A stretch of DNA of 53,775 nucleotides from a virus (lineage: Duplodnaviria; Caudoviricetes): IMG/VR virus record IMGVR_UViG_3300024975_000025, positions 1 to 53,775 of that record. One strand, given 5' to 3'. Made by a program: the position numbers and the translations under genes. The notes beneath the pieces were generated by a model that made no database searches, was not told the DNA's origin, and saw nothing but the letters and a program-made list of their open reading frames with translations. Shown piece by piece: positions 25,269-35,133 of the stretch. Within the stretch, counting starts at the first letter, position 1. The number at the start of each line of letters is the position of its first letter.

Positions 25269-25948
25269 CCAAAGTTGAAGAGCGCTACGCCCGCGCTACC
25301 CGCTCCAGCCACCTCGAGCTGCGCCGCACCGACGAGACGCCGGGCGATGCCGACACCATCATCGCCGCCGGCCTGGCCGAGACGATAGGCATCCTGCTGG
25401 CCCGCCTGCGGGGGGAGTGGGACGCCGCGTCCGGGGAGGTGGCGCAGGTCACCCGCAACGCGAAACGCCTGCAGGATGCGCGCACTGCCGCAGTGAAGGC
25501 CGCCACGCCGGAGTGCCCGTTTGATGCCGCCGCGTTCGACCGCGATGCCGCCCGCGAGCTGCTGACCGCCCGTGCGCTCATCCTCATGGGCCTTCGCAGC
25601 CTGGAGCCTGCCAAGCAGGCGCTGTACTTCTTCGCCGTGCGCCAGGCGCCGCACAAGGCATGCAGCTCCGACCCAGCCGCGCTGGGCATGCTGGTGGGTC
25701 AGGTGCTGGACGTGTGGCTCGACAAGCTCTGTCACCACTGCAACGGCGTCGGCTTCACGGGTGGGTATGGCAGCCCGCGCCTGATGTGCACCGGACGCGG
25801 AAAGTGCGGCGGAAGTGGCAGCCGGCGCGGCGGCCCCATCGGTGCCAACGCCAGCGAGCAGGCCTTCGGGCTGTGGCTCATCAACGTTATGGACAGCCGG
25901 GTCAACGGCTCCATGAAGCAGATCAGCAGGAAGACGAGGCAAGGATGA
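25265..25948 (+). CDS. Antitermination protein Q-like
   Basis: ERYARA...WLDKLCHHCNGVG...CGGSG zinc finger at the end of the nin region. Confidence 0.7.
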   Translation: MTKVEERYARATRSSHLELRRTDETPGDADTIIAAGLAETIGILLARLRGEWDAASGEVAQVTRNAKRLQDARTAAVKAATPECPFDAAAFDRDAARELLTARALILMGLRSLEPAKQALYFFAVRQAPHKACSSDPAALGMLVGQVLDVWLDKLCHHCNGVGFTGGYGSPRLMCTGRGKCGGSGSRRGGPIGANASEQAFGLWLINVMDSRVNGSMKQISRKTRQG

Positions 25949-26142
25949 AACAGGAGCACGCCATCGCCCTTAGGCAGGCCCATAGCGAAATCACGCGGTC
26001 GCTTGAACAACTTGAGCGAGAAACCGGCCGCATGGTGCAACGGGTCGAGATCATCGAAGAGAGGATGCTCGGTGGCGCGGTCAGCCGCCATGTGCGCATC
26101 GAGATCGGTCCTGCGCCAGCTCAGAACTGGGTGATCCTGTGA
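25945..26142 (+). CDS. Hypothetical protein
   Basis: Coupled ATGA/GTGA. Confidence 0.55.
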   Translation: MKQEHAIALRQAHSEITRSLEQLERETGRMVQRVEIIEERMLGGAVSRHVRIEIGPAPAQNWVIL

Positions 26143-26345
26143 GACCCACCCAACATCCCAGCAACAACCGAGTCCTGCTCTTCCCCGATGACTTCAAGGT
26201 CTCCCCTGGCAACGGGTCCGGCAAGGGCAGCGTTGCCCTTTCGTGGAAGCCATCTGCCGAGCAACTCGCAAAGATGAACGCAGGAGGATCGGTAACGATC
26301 TTCCTACCAACAACGCAGCCGGCGGCGCTGGAGGTGATGCCGTGA
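26139..26345 (+). CDS. Hypothetical protein
   Basis: SWKPSAEQLAKMNAGG phage-type motif. Confidence 0.6.
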   Translation: MRPTQHPSNNRVLLFPDDFKVSPGNGSGKGSVALSWKPSAEQLAKMNAGGSVTIFLPTTQPAALEVMP

Positions 26346-26641
26346 AGTTCCTCATCTACAAGACCAAGAAGGCGAAGCCCTTCGAGCCGCGGTTCCGTGT
26401 GTTCCTGGAGAACGGGACCGAGCTGAAGGGCGCGATGCGAATCAGCGTCAGCGGCGGCGTCGCACAGCGGACCGTGACCAGGCATTCCATCGATGAGCCA
26501 TCGCCCGACCCGCTGCACTTCGAGATCGACCGCCTGGAGCTGGAATTTGCCGGCGCCAAGGTGGAAATGATCAACAAGCTGCCGGCCAAGCGCCGCCAAC
26601 CCCCGCGCCAAGAAGGCGCACGAAAGGAAGACCATGAGTGA
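26342..26641 (+). CDS. Hypothetical protein
   Basis: GGAGGT RBS, GTG start. Confidence 0.55.
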   Translation: MKFLIYKTKKAKPFEPRFRVFLENGTELKGAMRISVSGGVAQRTVTRHSIDEPSPDPLHFEIDRLELEFAGAKVEMINKLPAKRRQPPRQEGARKEDHE

Positions 26642-26978
26642 AAACAGAACCGCCTACGTCAAGGCGAGCGTCGACGAAGGTTTCGGCGTAGCCATTGCGA
26701 TGCTGGGCGTCGCCGCCGCCATCGTCATCGGCTACGTGTGGGGCGGCTTCGTCTTCAGCGTGCTCTGGGCGTGGTTCATCGTCACGACGTTCGCCGCGCC
26801 GGTGCTCGGCATCGCCCAGTCCATCGGCGTGCTGATGGTCGTCGGCTTCGCAGCCAAGCCGCGCAACTTGAAGAAGGACGACGACACCAGCCCCGGAAAG
26901 GCGATGCTTGTGGCGCTCGCGGTGCCGCTGCTGTTTCTGGCCGTGGGCTGGATCGTGAAGCAGTGGCTGCCCACTTGA
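26634..26978 (+). CDS. Multi-TM membrane protein
   Basis: Three to four hydrophobic segments. Confidence 0.7.
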   Translation: MSENRTAYVKASVDEGFGVAIAMLGVAAAIVIGYVWGGFVFSVLWAWFIVTTFAAPVLGIAQSIGVLMVVGFAAKPRNLKKDDDTSPGKAMLVALAVPLLFLAVGWIVKQWLPT

Positions 26979-27002
26979 CCTAAGCGCTCGCAGGGGTAAG
27001 AT
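26975..27002 (+). promoter_or_regulatory. Late promoter pR' candidate
   Basis: TTGACC-16-TAAGAT with a terminator about 140 nt downstream. Confidence 0.6.
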
Positions 27003-27143
27003 GCGCGCGTCAACTTCGCGACGAGATAGATTGCCGCCAAACGGCACGATCTTCTGGGCCTAGCCCTACATACAGCGCAATCCGCTTGAGCCGGCATGAC
27101 CGGCGGTAACTTGATGGATGCGCTCGCCTGAAGTTTTTCACTG

Positions 27144-27173
27144 ACCCGCCCCGCGCAAGCTCGGCGGGTTTTT
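27144..27173 (+). terminator. tR'-like terminator
   Basis: ACCCGCC...GGCGGGTTTTT. Confidence 0.7.
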
Positions 27174-27256
27174 GCATTTCCGGGCGGCACCTTTCACCCA
27201 AGACGCGGCCTCGTGCCATCTCGAAGGCCTGCCGCCCACCTCTTGCGAGAACGCCC

Positions 27257-27511
27257 ATGTACTTCGGCAGCCTTGACGCGCCAGGCGCGAGCGTGCATGA
27301 CCTGGACCGCCGCGAGCGCATCCGGCGGGTTCTCAGCATCGACACCGACGCCGCAGAAATCGTGGTCGTCGACGAGCCGATGCGGCTGTGCAACGGAGAG
27401 ATCGCCACGCGCACGCTGAAGTTCCAAGCCGTGTGGCCGATCTTCGTTGACGTGCGGCCAGACCGCATCAACCGGCCCGTGCTTTTCCACTGCCACGGCC
27501 GCCGGGACTGA
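27257..27511 (+). CDS. Hypothetical protein
   Basis: 84 aa, GC3-rich codons. Confidence 0.55.
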   Translation: MYFGSLDAPGASVHDLDRRERIRRVLSIDTDAAEIVVVDEPMRLCNGEIATRTLKFQAVWPIFVDVRPDRINRPVLFHCHGRRD

Positions 27512-27709
27512 TCACAGCGCCAACGTCATTCCCGCTTAGCCAACTGCGGGCCGCCTGGGGCGCAAATACCGGGCGGGAAACTCCGGCGCTGCGCTGCCCG
27601 GCGCTCAAGAAACTGGCGGGGCAGCACTGGCAGGCTCCAGCTCGGCCCGAAGGCCTTCGGGCTGCCGGGTAGACCGATGGAGCCACTCCGTCCGATGAAA
27701 GGGTCGGAC

Positions 27710-28339
27710 ATGACCAAGACCACCAAGGCGCCCGACTGGGAGCGCATCGAGGCCAGCTACCGCGCCGGCTCCAAGTCGCTGCGCGAGATCGCTGCAGAGC
27801 ACGGCCTATCAGAGGGCGCCATCCGCAAGCGCGCCAAGCGCGACGAGTGGGCGCGCGACCTGAAAGAGAAGGTCCGCAGCAAAGCTGATGAGCTGGTACG
27901 CAAGGCCACGGTACGCAGCGAGGTACGCACAGAAGACCGCGTACCGACTGACGTGGAGCGCGTCACCGTCGAAGTCGAGGCGCAGGTTCAAGCGCGCATC
28001 CGGCTTGACCACCGCCAGGACATTCAGCGGTTTCGCCGGCTCGCCCTCGCGCTGCTGACCGAACTGGAATTCGAGACCGCTGACCCGGCGCTGTTCGAAG
28101 AGCTGGGCGACCTGCTGCGCTCCGAGGACAAGAACGGTCAGGACCGCCGCAATGACATCTACCGGCGCGTCATCTCAAGCGCCGGCCGTGTGGACAGCCT
28201 CAAGAAACTGTCCGAGACGCTGAAGCACCTCATTGGCCTGGAGCGCGAGGCTTACGGTATCGGTGAGGAAGTGAAGAACCCTGGCGGCGCGACCGGCGCT
28301 GACTTCCTGAAGGAGCTGGCCGCGCTCCTGCCGGACTGA
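27710..28339 (+). CDS. terS: Terminase small subunit
   Basis: PDWERIEASYRAG..SLREIA...AIRKRAKRDEW HTH; coupled to terL. Confidence 0.85.
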   Translation: MTKTTKAPDWERIEASYRAGSKSLREIAAEHGLSEGAIRKRAKRDEWARDLKEKVRSKADELVRKATVRSEVRTEDRVPTDVERVTVEVEAQVQARIRLDHRQDIQRFRRLALALLTELEFETADPALFEELGDLLRSEDKNGQDRRNDIYRRVISSAGRVDSLKKLSETLKHLIGLEREAYGIGEEVKNPGGATGADFLKELAALLPD

Positions 28340-29664
28340 TGGCCGTCGACTTGCGCACGCAGCGCGAACTGGCGCGCTGGTATCCGCTGATCGAGCACCC
28401 CATTCAGCGGGCGCTGGTTGAGGCAGTAGGCAGAGGCATTCGCTTCCCGGTCGTGCCCGCAGGCCGGCGCTCTGGCAAGACCGAGCGCGCGAAGCGCTTC
28501 CTCGCCAAGCAGGCCATGCGCAACCCGGGCAAGCGCTTCTTCGCTGCGGCGCCGACACGGGATCAGGTCAAGAAGATCTATTGGAGCGACCTGAAGCTCC
28601 TCACACTGAGCAGCCTGCACGACAAGGCGCCCAGCGAGTCCGAACTGATCATCTACCTCAACAACGGGGCCGAGATCCACCTCATCGGCCTGGATCGGCC
28701 GGAGCGCATCGAGGGTGTGCTGTGGCACGGCGGCGTAATCGACGAGATCGCGGACCTGCGCTACGGCGACATCGCATGGAAGGAGAACATCCTCCCGGCG
28801 CTGAACACCTTCAACCCGTCAGAGCCCGATTACCGCGCCTGGTGCTGGCTCATCGGCGTGCCTGACGGCCTGGGTCATTACTACGACCTGGCCAAGTATG
28901 CCGAGGCGGGGAACGATCCGGACTGGGCCTACTTCCACTGGAAGTCAGCCGAGATCCTGCCGCCCGATGTGATCGCGGCGGCCAAGCGCACGATGAGCGC
29001 GCGGCAGTACCGGCAGGAGTACGAGGCGGCCTTCGAGGGCGCCACCGGCCGGATCTACGAGGACTACAGCAAGGCGAACCACACCGCCGAGCGCATCCAG
29101 CCGCATGAGCAGCTGCTGTGGATGCATGACCAGAACTTCACGCCGCTGTCGTCAGCCGTGGGCGTGAAGCGCGAGCAGACCCTGCTCCTTCTCGACGAGA
29201 TCGTCCTGACCAGCGCCGTGTCCAAGCAGTCGGCCCTGGAGTTCGTCGAGAAGTTCAAGGATCACAAGAACAAGCATGTGCTGATCTACGGCGACCCAGC
29301 AGGGCAGGACGGCGAGAAGCACGCGCACGCCTCCGACTACACCGACATCGAGGGCGTGCTGAAGGCCCACCACTGGACCTACACGCGCAAGGTCAAGCCC
29401 GCCGCGCCGGCCATCAAGGACCGGCAGAACGCCGTGCGCGCCAAGGTCTGCACCGCAGACGGCGTGCGAACCCTTCTCGTCAACCCTGTCACCGCTCCCT
29501 GGAGCGACAAGGGCCTCGCGACGGTCCAGCTCCAAGAGGGCTCGACCTTCCAGGAAGACCAGAAGAACAAGTATCAGCACATCACGACGGCCATCGGCTA
29601 CTGCGTCGATGTCGAGTGGCCGAGCGTCCGCCGCGCCGCGTTTGCGAGCCCCCTGCGGGCCTGA
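28339..29664 (+). CDS. terL: Terminase large subunit
   Basis: AGRRSGKT Walker A, VIDE Walker B, RQEYEAAF, IYGDPAG. Confidence 0.93.
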   Translation: MAVDLRTQRELARWYPLIEHPIQRALVEAVGRGIRFPVVPAGRRSGKTERAKRFLAKQAMRNPGKRFFAAAPTRDQVKKIYWSDLKLLTLSSLHDKAPSESELIIYLNNGAEIHLIGLDRPERIEGVLWHGGVIDEIADLRYGDIAWKENILPALNTFNPSEPDYRAWCWLIGVPDGLGHYYDLAKYAEAGNDPDWAYFHWKSAEILPPDVIAAAKRTMSARQYRQEYEAAFEGATGRIYEDYSKANHTAERIQPHEQLLWMHDQNFTPLSSAVGVKREQTLLLLDEIVLTSAVSKQSALEFVEKFKDHKNKHVLIYGDPAGQDGEKHAHASDYTDIEGVLKAHHWTYTRKVKPAAPAIKDRQNAVRAKVCTADGVRTLLVNPVTAPWSDKGLATVQLQEGSTFQEDQKNKYQHITTAIGYCVDVEWPSVRRAAFASPLRA

Positions 29665-29669
29665 GTCCT

Positions 29670-31076
29670 ATGGAAAAACCCTCCGTCGCCACACCGTCGA
29701 GCGCAGTGCTTGCCATGCGTGCGGCGTGGGAGCTGGCGCGTTCGCTGCTGGGCGGCACGGACGCCATGCGCGAGGCCGGCGAGGCCCATCTGCCGCGCTG
29801 GCCGGCCGAGGAGGCGGAGAGCTACGACGCCCGGCTGAAGTCTGCCGTGCTGTTCCCGGCCTATCAGCGCACGGTCTTCACGCTGACCAGCAAGCCCTTC
29901 AGCAAGCCCCTGACGCTCGGCGAAGACGTGCCGGCGACGCTGAAGACCTACGCCGAGAACATCGACCTTGAGGGCCGCAACCTCCACACCTTCTCGGCCG
30001 ACATCATGGAATCCGCCCTGGGCCTCGGCCTGGGCCTGATCCTGGTCGACTACCCGCAGCGCCCCGACGATGTCCGCACGCTGGCCGACGAGCAGGCGCT
30101 TGGCTTGCGGCCCTACATGGTGCAGATCCAGCCTATGCAGCTGCTGGGGTGGAAGAAGCGCAAGGTCAAGGGTGAATGGGCCCTGTCGCAACTCCGCTTC
30201 ATGGAGTGCGTCGAGGTCGACGACGGCGACTTCGCCACGAAGGAAATCGAGCAGGTCCGCGTGCTGGAGCCCGGCAAGTGGCAGACGCACCGGAAGAACG
30301 AGAAACAGGAATGGGTTCTCTACGCTGAGGGGAGCACGACCCTGGATTACATCCCGCTGGCCGTGTCCTATGGTCAGCGCACGGGCTTCATGACGGCCAA
30401 GCCGCCGCTGCTGGAGATGGCCCACCTGAACGTGGCCCACTGGCAGTCCAGCTCCGACCAGCAGACGTGCCTGCACATCGCCCGCGTGCCCATCCTGGCC
30501 GCGATTGGCGTGGACGAGACCTTCGGCCTTGTGGTGGGCGCGAAGAGCGCGGTCAAGATCCCCAATGGCGGAGACCTCAAGTTCGTCGAGCACAGCGGCA
30601 AGGCCATCGAGGCCGGCTCCAAGGACCTGAAGGACCTGGAAGAGCGCATGCGCCAGGCCGGCGCCGAGCTGCTGGTCATCGACAACAAGCTGACCGCAAC
30701 CCAGGTCAGCTCCGAGAACGCCGTCGGCATGTGCGCCCTCCAGCGCATCGGCGAGAGCGTGGAAGACGCGATCGACCAGGCCCTGCAGATGATGGCTGAC
30801 TGGATCGGCGAGGCCCAGGGCGGCCACGTCACGCTGTTCAAGGACTACGCCGCGGCCAGCCTCAGCGATGCGAACACCCAGATGATCAAGGACTGGGTTG
30901 CTGCCAGCCTGCTGTCCAAGGAGGCCGCCTTCCACGAGCTGCAGCGCCGCGGCGCCATCTCTGCCGATCTGGTCTGGGAAGACGTGAAGGATCAGATCGA
31001 CCTGGAAGGCCCAGCACTGGGCACCATGGGCGACCCGAACAACCCGGGCGGCGATCCGAATGCCGGCGCCGCATAA
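29670..31076 (+). CDS. Portal protein (DUF4055-like)
   Basis: LLGGTDAMREAG...PPLLEMAHLNVAHWQS; follows terL. Confidence 0.88.
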   Translation: MEKPSVATPSSAVLAMRAAWELARSLLGGTDAMREAGEAHLPRWPAEEAESYDARLKSAVLFPAYQRTVFTLTSKPFSKPLTLGEDVPATLKTYAENIDLEGRNLHTFSADIMESALGLGLGLILVDYPQRPDDVRTLADEQALGLRPYMVQIQPMQLLGWKKRKVKGEWALSQLRFMECVEVDDGDFATKEIEQVRVLEPGKWQTHRKNEKQEWVLYAEGSTTLDYIPLAVSYGQRTGFMTAKPPLLEMAHLNVAHWQSSSDQQTCLHIARVPILAAIGVDETFGLVVGAKSAVKIPNGGDLKFVEHSGKAIEAGSKDLKDLEERMRQAGAELLVIDNKLTATQVSSENAVGMCALQRIGESVEDAIDQALQMMADWIGEAQGGHVTLFKDYAAASLSDANTQMIKDWVAASLLSKEAAFHELQRRGAISADLVWEDVKDQIDLEGPALGTMGDPNNPGGDPNAGAA

Positions 31077-32175
31077 CGTCAACGAAGCGCTTGCCGATGA
31101 GGCGATTCACCACGCCGTCGACCTGCACGCCTACAGCAATGGAGTTGTCCGCCGCCTGATCGCGGTTCTGAACAAGGCGGATGCCCGCCTGTTCTCCCAG
31201 CTGCAAACCATGCTGGCCGACATGGACCCGGCGAGCTTCACCGTCCAGCGCCTGGAACTGCTGCTGCAGTCGGTCCGCGCGCTGAACGCTGATGTCTACC
31301 GTCAGTTCGAAGCGGCACTGCTGACCGATGTTCAGTCGCTGTCCGGCGCTGAGGCCGAGTACCAGGCGCAGCTGATGCGCTCCGTCCTGCCCCCGCAGCT
31401 CAGCGTGGCCAGCATCACTCAGGAGCAGGTCTATGCCGCAGCCCTCAGCCGCCCGATGCAGGGCCGGCTCCTCAAAGAGTGGGCGCAGAGCCTGGAGATT
31501 GGCCGCGCCGCGCGTATCCGCGACACGCTGCGCATGGGGTACGTTGAGGGGAAGACCACGGACCAGCTAGTCCGGGAGCTGCGAGGCACCCGGGCCAAGG
31601 GCTTCAGCGACGGCATCATCGAGATCGACCGCCGCGATGCAGAACGGGTCGTCCGCACGGCCATGAGCCACACGGCCGGCACGGCGCGCGATCAGTTCAA
31701 CCGGGCGAACCTGGACCTGATCAAGGCGGTCGTCTGGCGCTCGACGCTCGACAGCCGCACGTCCAACTGGTGCCGGCTGCGCGACGGCAAGCAGTACACG
31801 CCCGAGGGGCATAAGCCCATCGACCACGAATACCCGTGGGGCGCTGGCCCAGGCCGCGCGCACTGGTGCTGCCGGTCGGTGTCCTCGGTCGTGACGAAGA
31901 GCTACAAGGAGCTGGGCGGCGCGGACGTCCCGGAGTTCACGGCCAGCCAGCGCGCAAGCATGGATGGCCAGGTGCCGGCAGACCTCAGCTACTCGGACTG
32001 GCTCAAGAAGCAGAGCGCCCAGCGCCAGGACCAAGTCCTCGGCCCGACGCGCGGCAAGCTGCTCCGAGATGGCGGCCTGACGATGGAGAAGTTCGCGAAC
32101 GACAAGGGCGTGTGGCTCGACCTTGAGCAGCTGCGCGAACGCAACGCCGCGGCATTCAGGCGCGCGGGCCTATGA
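31060..32175 (+). CDS. Minor head protein (SPP1 gp7/MuF-like)
   Basis: STLDSRTS..CR.RDG...HWCCRS. Confidence 0.88.
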   Translation: MPAPHNVNEALADEAIHHAVDLHAYSNGVVRRLIAVLNKADARLFSQLQTMLADMDPASFTVQRLELLLQSVRALNADVYRQFEAALLTDVQSLSGAEAEYQAQLMRSVLPPQLSVASITQEQVYAAALSRPMQGRLLKEWAQSLEIGRAARIRDTLRMGYVEGKTTDQLVRELRGTRAKGFSDGIIEIDRRDAERVVRTAMSHTAGTARDQFNRANLDLIKAVVWRSTLDSRTSNWCRLRDGKQYTPEGHKPIDHEYPWGAGPGRAHWCCRSVSSVVTKSYKELGGADVPEFTASQRASMDGQVPADLSYSDWLKKQSAQRQDQVLGPTRGKLLRDGGLTMEKFANDKGVWLDLEQLRERNAAAFRRAGL

Positions 32176-32182
32176 TTCACGG

Positions 32183-32422
32183 GTGGCCCTGAAGCTCGTC
32201 CCACCCGCCGACCCGCCCGCGCTTTCTCCGCGCGAGGAGATCGGCAAGCGCATCGCCGCGAAGACCCCGGCCTACCTCCTGAAGTGCCCGCGCTGCGCCG
32301 GCATGGAGCTGGTCGAGACGGTCACCGGCGTGGAAGTCCGAGGCGGGAAACACACCCGCGGGACGAAAGTGAAGCTCTGCCTGTCCTGCCTCATGCAGGG
32401 CCAGCGCATCGAAGTTCTGTAG
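32183..32422 (+). CDS. Small zinc-ribbon protein
   Basis: CPRC...CLSC; TATGAT 6 nt before GTG; terminator at 32441-32470. Confidence 0.6.
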   Translation: MALKLVPPADPPALSPREEIGKRIAAKTPAYLLKCPRCAGMELVETVTGVEVRGGKHTRGTKVKLCLSCLMQGQRIEVL

Positions 32423-32471
32423 CGCGCCGCGCACCAACTGAAGCCGCCCCGGCAACGAGGCGGCTTTTTTC

Positions 32472-32861
32472 ATGGCCGAAATCCTCCTCTGCGCCTGGCT
32501 CGGCTGGTGCCTGTTCAACGTCGGACTCCTGTTCGCGGCCCCGTACCTGATCGGCGGCCACGTCGTCACCAACGGCTTCGCCACCGTCTTCCCGCAGCGC
32601 ATCCGCGACATGCTGACCCCCGAGCAGCAGGCCGCCATCCAGGCGCACGAGGACGGCCACAAGCACCACAGGCACGCGCTGAAGAACCTGCTGCGCGCCT
32701 TCGTCTTCCTCGGCCGCTCGCAGCGCCTGGCCATGGACCAGGAACTCGAGGCCGACCGCTACGCCGCAGACCGCGGCCACGCCAAACACCTCGCCTCAGC
32801 CCTTCGCGTGCTGAGCGCCGAACCCTTCGACCGCTACCGCGCCGGCTTGCTGGACCGGTAG
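32472..32861 (+). CDS. Small membrane-anchored M48/M56-like metallopeptidase
   Basis: N-terminal TM, AHEDGH (HExxH), QELEADRYA. Confidence 0.7.
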   Translation: MAEILLCAWLGWCLFNVGLLFAAPYLIGGHVVTNGFATVFPQRIRDMLTPEQQAAIQAHEDGHKHHRHALKNLLRAFVFLGRSQRLAMDQELEADRYAADRGHAKHLASALRVLSAEPFDRYRAGLLDR

Positions 32862-32959
32862 CCGTCACTGATCACTGCCTAGGAGCGGATGCACACCAGG
32901 CGCACCGGGTCGGATGACCCACCACCTCTTGCGGATGGATGTCCGCGGAAAGCCCCACC

Positions 32960-33748
32960 ATGCCCTTCAAATTCGACGCACAAGGAAACATCGTCCTCCA
33001 GGAAGTCAACGGCCAGAAGCTGCCCGTCTTCATTGACGGCGCCGGCAAGGAAGCCCCGTTCGACGGCGACTCGACTGTCGCGACCATCTCCCGCCTCAAT
33101 GGCGAGGCGAAGTCGCACCGCGAGCGTGCCGAAGGCGCGGAGACCAAGCTGAAGACCTTCGAAGGCATCGCCGACCCTGCCGCCGCCATCAAGGCGCTGA
33201 ACACGGTCAAGAACCTGGACGAGAAGAGCCTCGTTGCCGCCGGCGAGCGCGACCGCGCTGTCGCTGAGGCGGTGAAGAGCGTCGAAGAGAAGTACGCGCC
33301 CATCGTCAAGAAGGCGGGAGACTTGGAAGGCCAGTTGAACAGCCACCTCATCGGTGGCGGGTTCGCCCGCTCCAAGTACATCGCCGAGAAGTTCGCCGCC
33401 CAGGGCCCGGCCGGCGCCGAGATCGCGCAAGCGCTCTTTGGCGGCCGGTTCAAGGTTGAGGACGGCAAGACCATTGGCTTCGATGCGCAGGGCAACAAGC
33501 TGTTCTCCAAGACCCGCCACGGCGAACTCGCCGACATGGATGAGGCCATCGAGCTGATGGTCGAGTCCTACCCGCACAAGGCCTCCCTGCTCAAGGGCAG
33601 CGGCGGCAGCGGTGGCGGCGCACAAGGCGGCGGTGGCGGCGGTGGCAAGAAGACCTACAACCGCGCCCAGTTCGATGCCCTGAACCCTGCCGAAAAGATG
33701 GCGGTGTCCCAGGCCGTCGGCAAGGGCGAGGCTGTGCTCACCGACTAA
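32960..33748 (+). CDS. Capsid scaffolding protein (DUF6651-like)
   Basis: RLNGEAKSHRE...poly-Gly...RAQFDAL; directly before the capsid gene. Confidence 0.8.
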   Translation: MPFKFDAQGNIVLQEVNGQKLPVFIDGAGKEAPFDGDSTVATISRLNGEAKSHRERAEGAETKLKTFEGIADPAAAIKALNTVKNLDEKSLVAAGERDRAVAEAVKSVEEKYAPIVKKAGDLEGQLNSHLIGGGFARSKYIAEKFAAQGPAGAEIAQALFGGRFKVEDGKTIGFDAQGNKLFSKTRHGELADMDEAIELMVESYPHKASLLKGSGGSGGGAQGGGGGGGKKTYNRAQFDALNPAEKMAVSQAVGKGEAVLTD

Positions 33749-33814
33749 GTCATCCACTCCCCAAGACCCTCGGCCCGCCTCTGGTGGGCCTTCTTCATTC
33801 CAGAAAGACCCATC

Positions 33815-35074
33815 ATGAAGACCTTCCGCTTCTCCATCCTGGCCGCTGTGGCGGCCTTCGCTGCCATCCCGGCCCAGGCCCTGGGCAAGTTCGCTCTGTC
33901 GCAAGGCCTCGTCGCTGGCGGCTCCAGCACCATCACCAACCTGATCCCGGACGTCTACACCGCCCTGGACGTGGTCTCGCGTGAGCTGGTGGGCCTGATC
34001 CCGGCCGTGTCTTCGGACATGACCACCGAGCGCGCCGCCCTGAACCAGACGGTTCGCAGCCACGTCGCGCCGTCGGCAACCGCCTCGGACATCACGCCCA
34101 ACGTGACACCCCCGGATGACGGCGACCAGACCATCGGCAACGTGACGCTGGCCATCACCAAGTCGCGCCGCGTGCCGATCCGCTGGAACGGCGAGCAGTC
34201 CAAGGGCCTGAACAACGGTGGCCCGGGCCGCAATCGCATCATGGTCGACCAGTTCGCCCAGGCCATGCGCACCCTGTGCAACGAAGCCGAAGCAGACCTG
34301 GCCGCCCTGCACGTCAGCGCCTCCCGCGCCTACGGCACCGCCGGCACCACGCCGTTCGCCACCGCCGACGACTGGACCGACGCGTCGGAGACCCTGCGCA
34401 TCCTGAAGGACAACGGCGCTCCGAACAGCGGCCTGAACCTGGTGATCAACACCGCCGCCGGCGCCAAGTTCCTGGGCAAGCAGGCCCGTGTCGACGCCGC
34501 CGGCTCGGACACGATCCTGCGCCAGGGCATCCTGCTGCCGATCCACGGCTTCGACCTGCGCGAGTCCGCTGCCATCGTGACCAGCACCGCCGGCACCGGC
34601 GCCTCGGCCACGACCAACAACGCCGGCTATGCCATCGGCGCCACCACCATCACGCTGGCCTCGGCCGGCACCGGCACGATCGTCGCTGGCGACGTGATCA
34701 CCTTCGCTGGTGACACGAACAAGTACGTCGTGGTGACCGGTGACACCGACGTGTCCAACGGCGGCACCGTCGTGCTGGCTGCTCCTGGCCTGCGCAAGGC
34801 GATCGCCGCTTCGGCCACGAACATCACCGTCGTGGCCGCCGCTGCCCGCAACATGGCCTTCAGCCGCAATGCCCTGGTCCTGGCCACCCGCGTCCCGGCT
34901 CTGCCGGAAGAGGGTGACTCGGCCGAAGACCGCCAGATCGTCACCGATCCGCGCTCGGGCCTGAGCTTCGAAGTCGCCATGTACAAGCAGTACCGCCAGG
35001 TCCAGTACGAGGTCTCCCTCGCCTGGGGCGTGAAGTGCGTGAAGCCTGAGCACCTGGCCCTGCTGCTGGGCTGA
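33815..35074 (+). CDS. Major capsid protein (P22 coat-like)
   Basis: LIPDVY.ALDVVSRELVG...GDVITFAG...YRQV.YEV.LAWGVK..KPEH. Confidence 0.88.
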   Translation: MKTFRFSILAAVAAFAAIPAQALGKFALSQGLVAGGSSTITNLIPDVYTALDVVSRELVGLIPAVSSDMTTERAALNQTVRSHVAPSATASDITPNVTPPDDGDQTIGNVTLAITKSRRVPIRWNGEQSKGLNNGGPGRNRIMVDQFAQAMRTLCNEAEADLAALHVSASRAYGTAGTTPFATADDWTDASETLRILKDNGAPNSGLNLVINTAAGAKFLGKQARVDAAGSDTILRQGILLPIHGFDLRESAAIVTSTAGTGASATTNNAGYAIGATTITLASAGTGTIVAGDVITFAGDTNKYVVVTGDTDVSNGGTVVLAAPGLRKAIAASATNITVVAAAARNMAFSRNALVLATRVPALPEEGDSAEDRQIVTDPRSGLSFEVAMYKQYRQVQYEVSLAWGVKCVKPEHLALLLG

Positions 35075-35091
35075 TCCACCGCAACCGCAAT

Positions 35092-35118
35092 AGGCCGGGC
35101 CTTCGGGCTCGGCCTTTT
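35092..35118 (+). terminator. Terminator after the capsid gene
   Basis: AGGCCGGGCC-TTCG-GGCTCGGCCTTTT. Confidence 0.75.
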
Positions 35119-35133
35119 CATTTGGAGAGCCAG

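Noticed and set aside
32879-35053. Long antisense ORFs (724 aa here; also 20570-22195, 29598-31082, 7872-9365)
   Set aside because: Shadow frames of well-supported genes in high-GC DNA, without motifs
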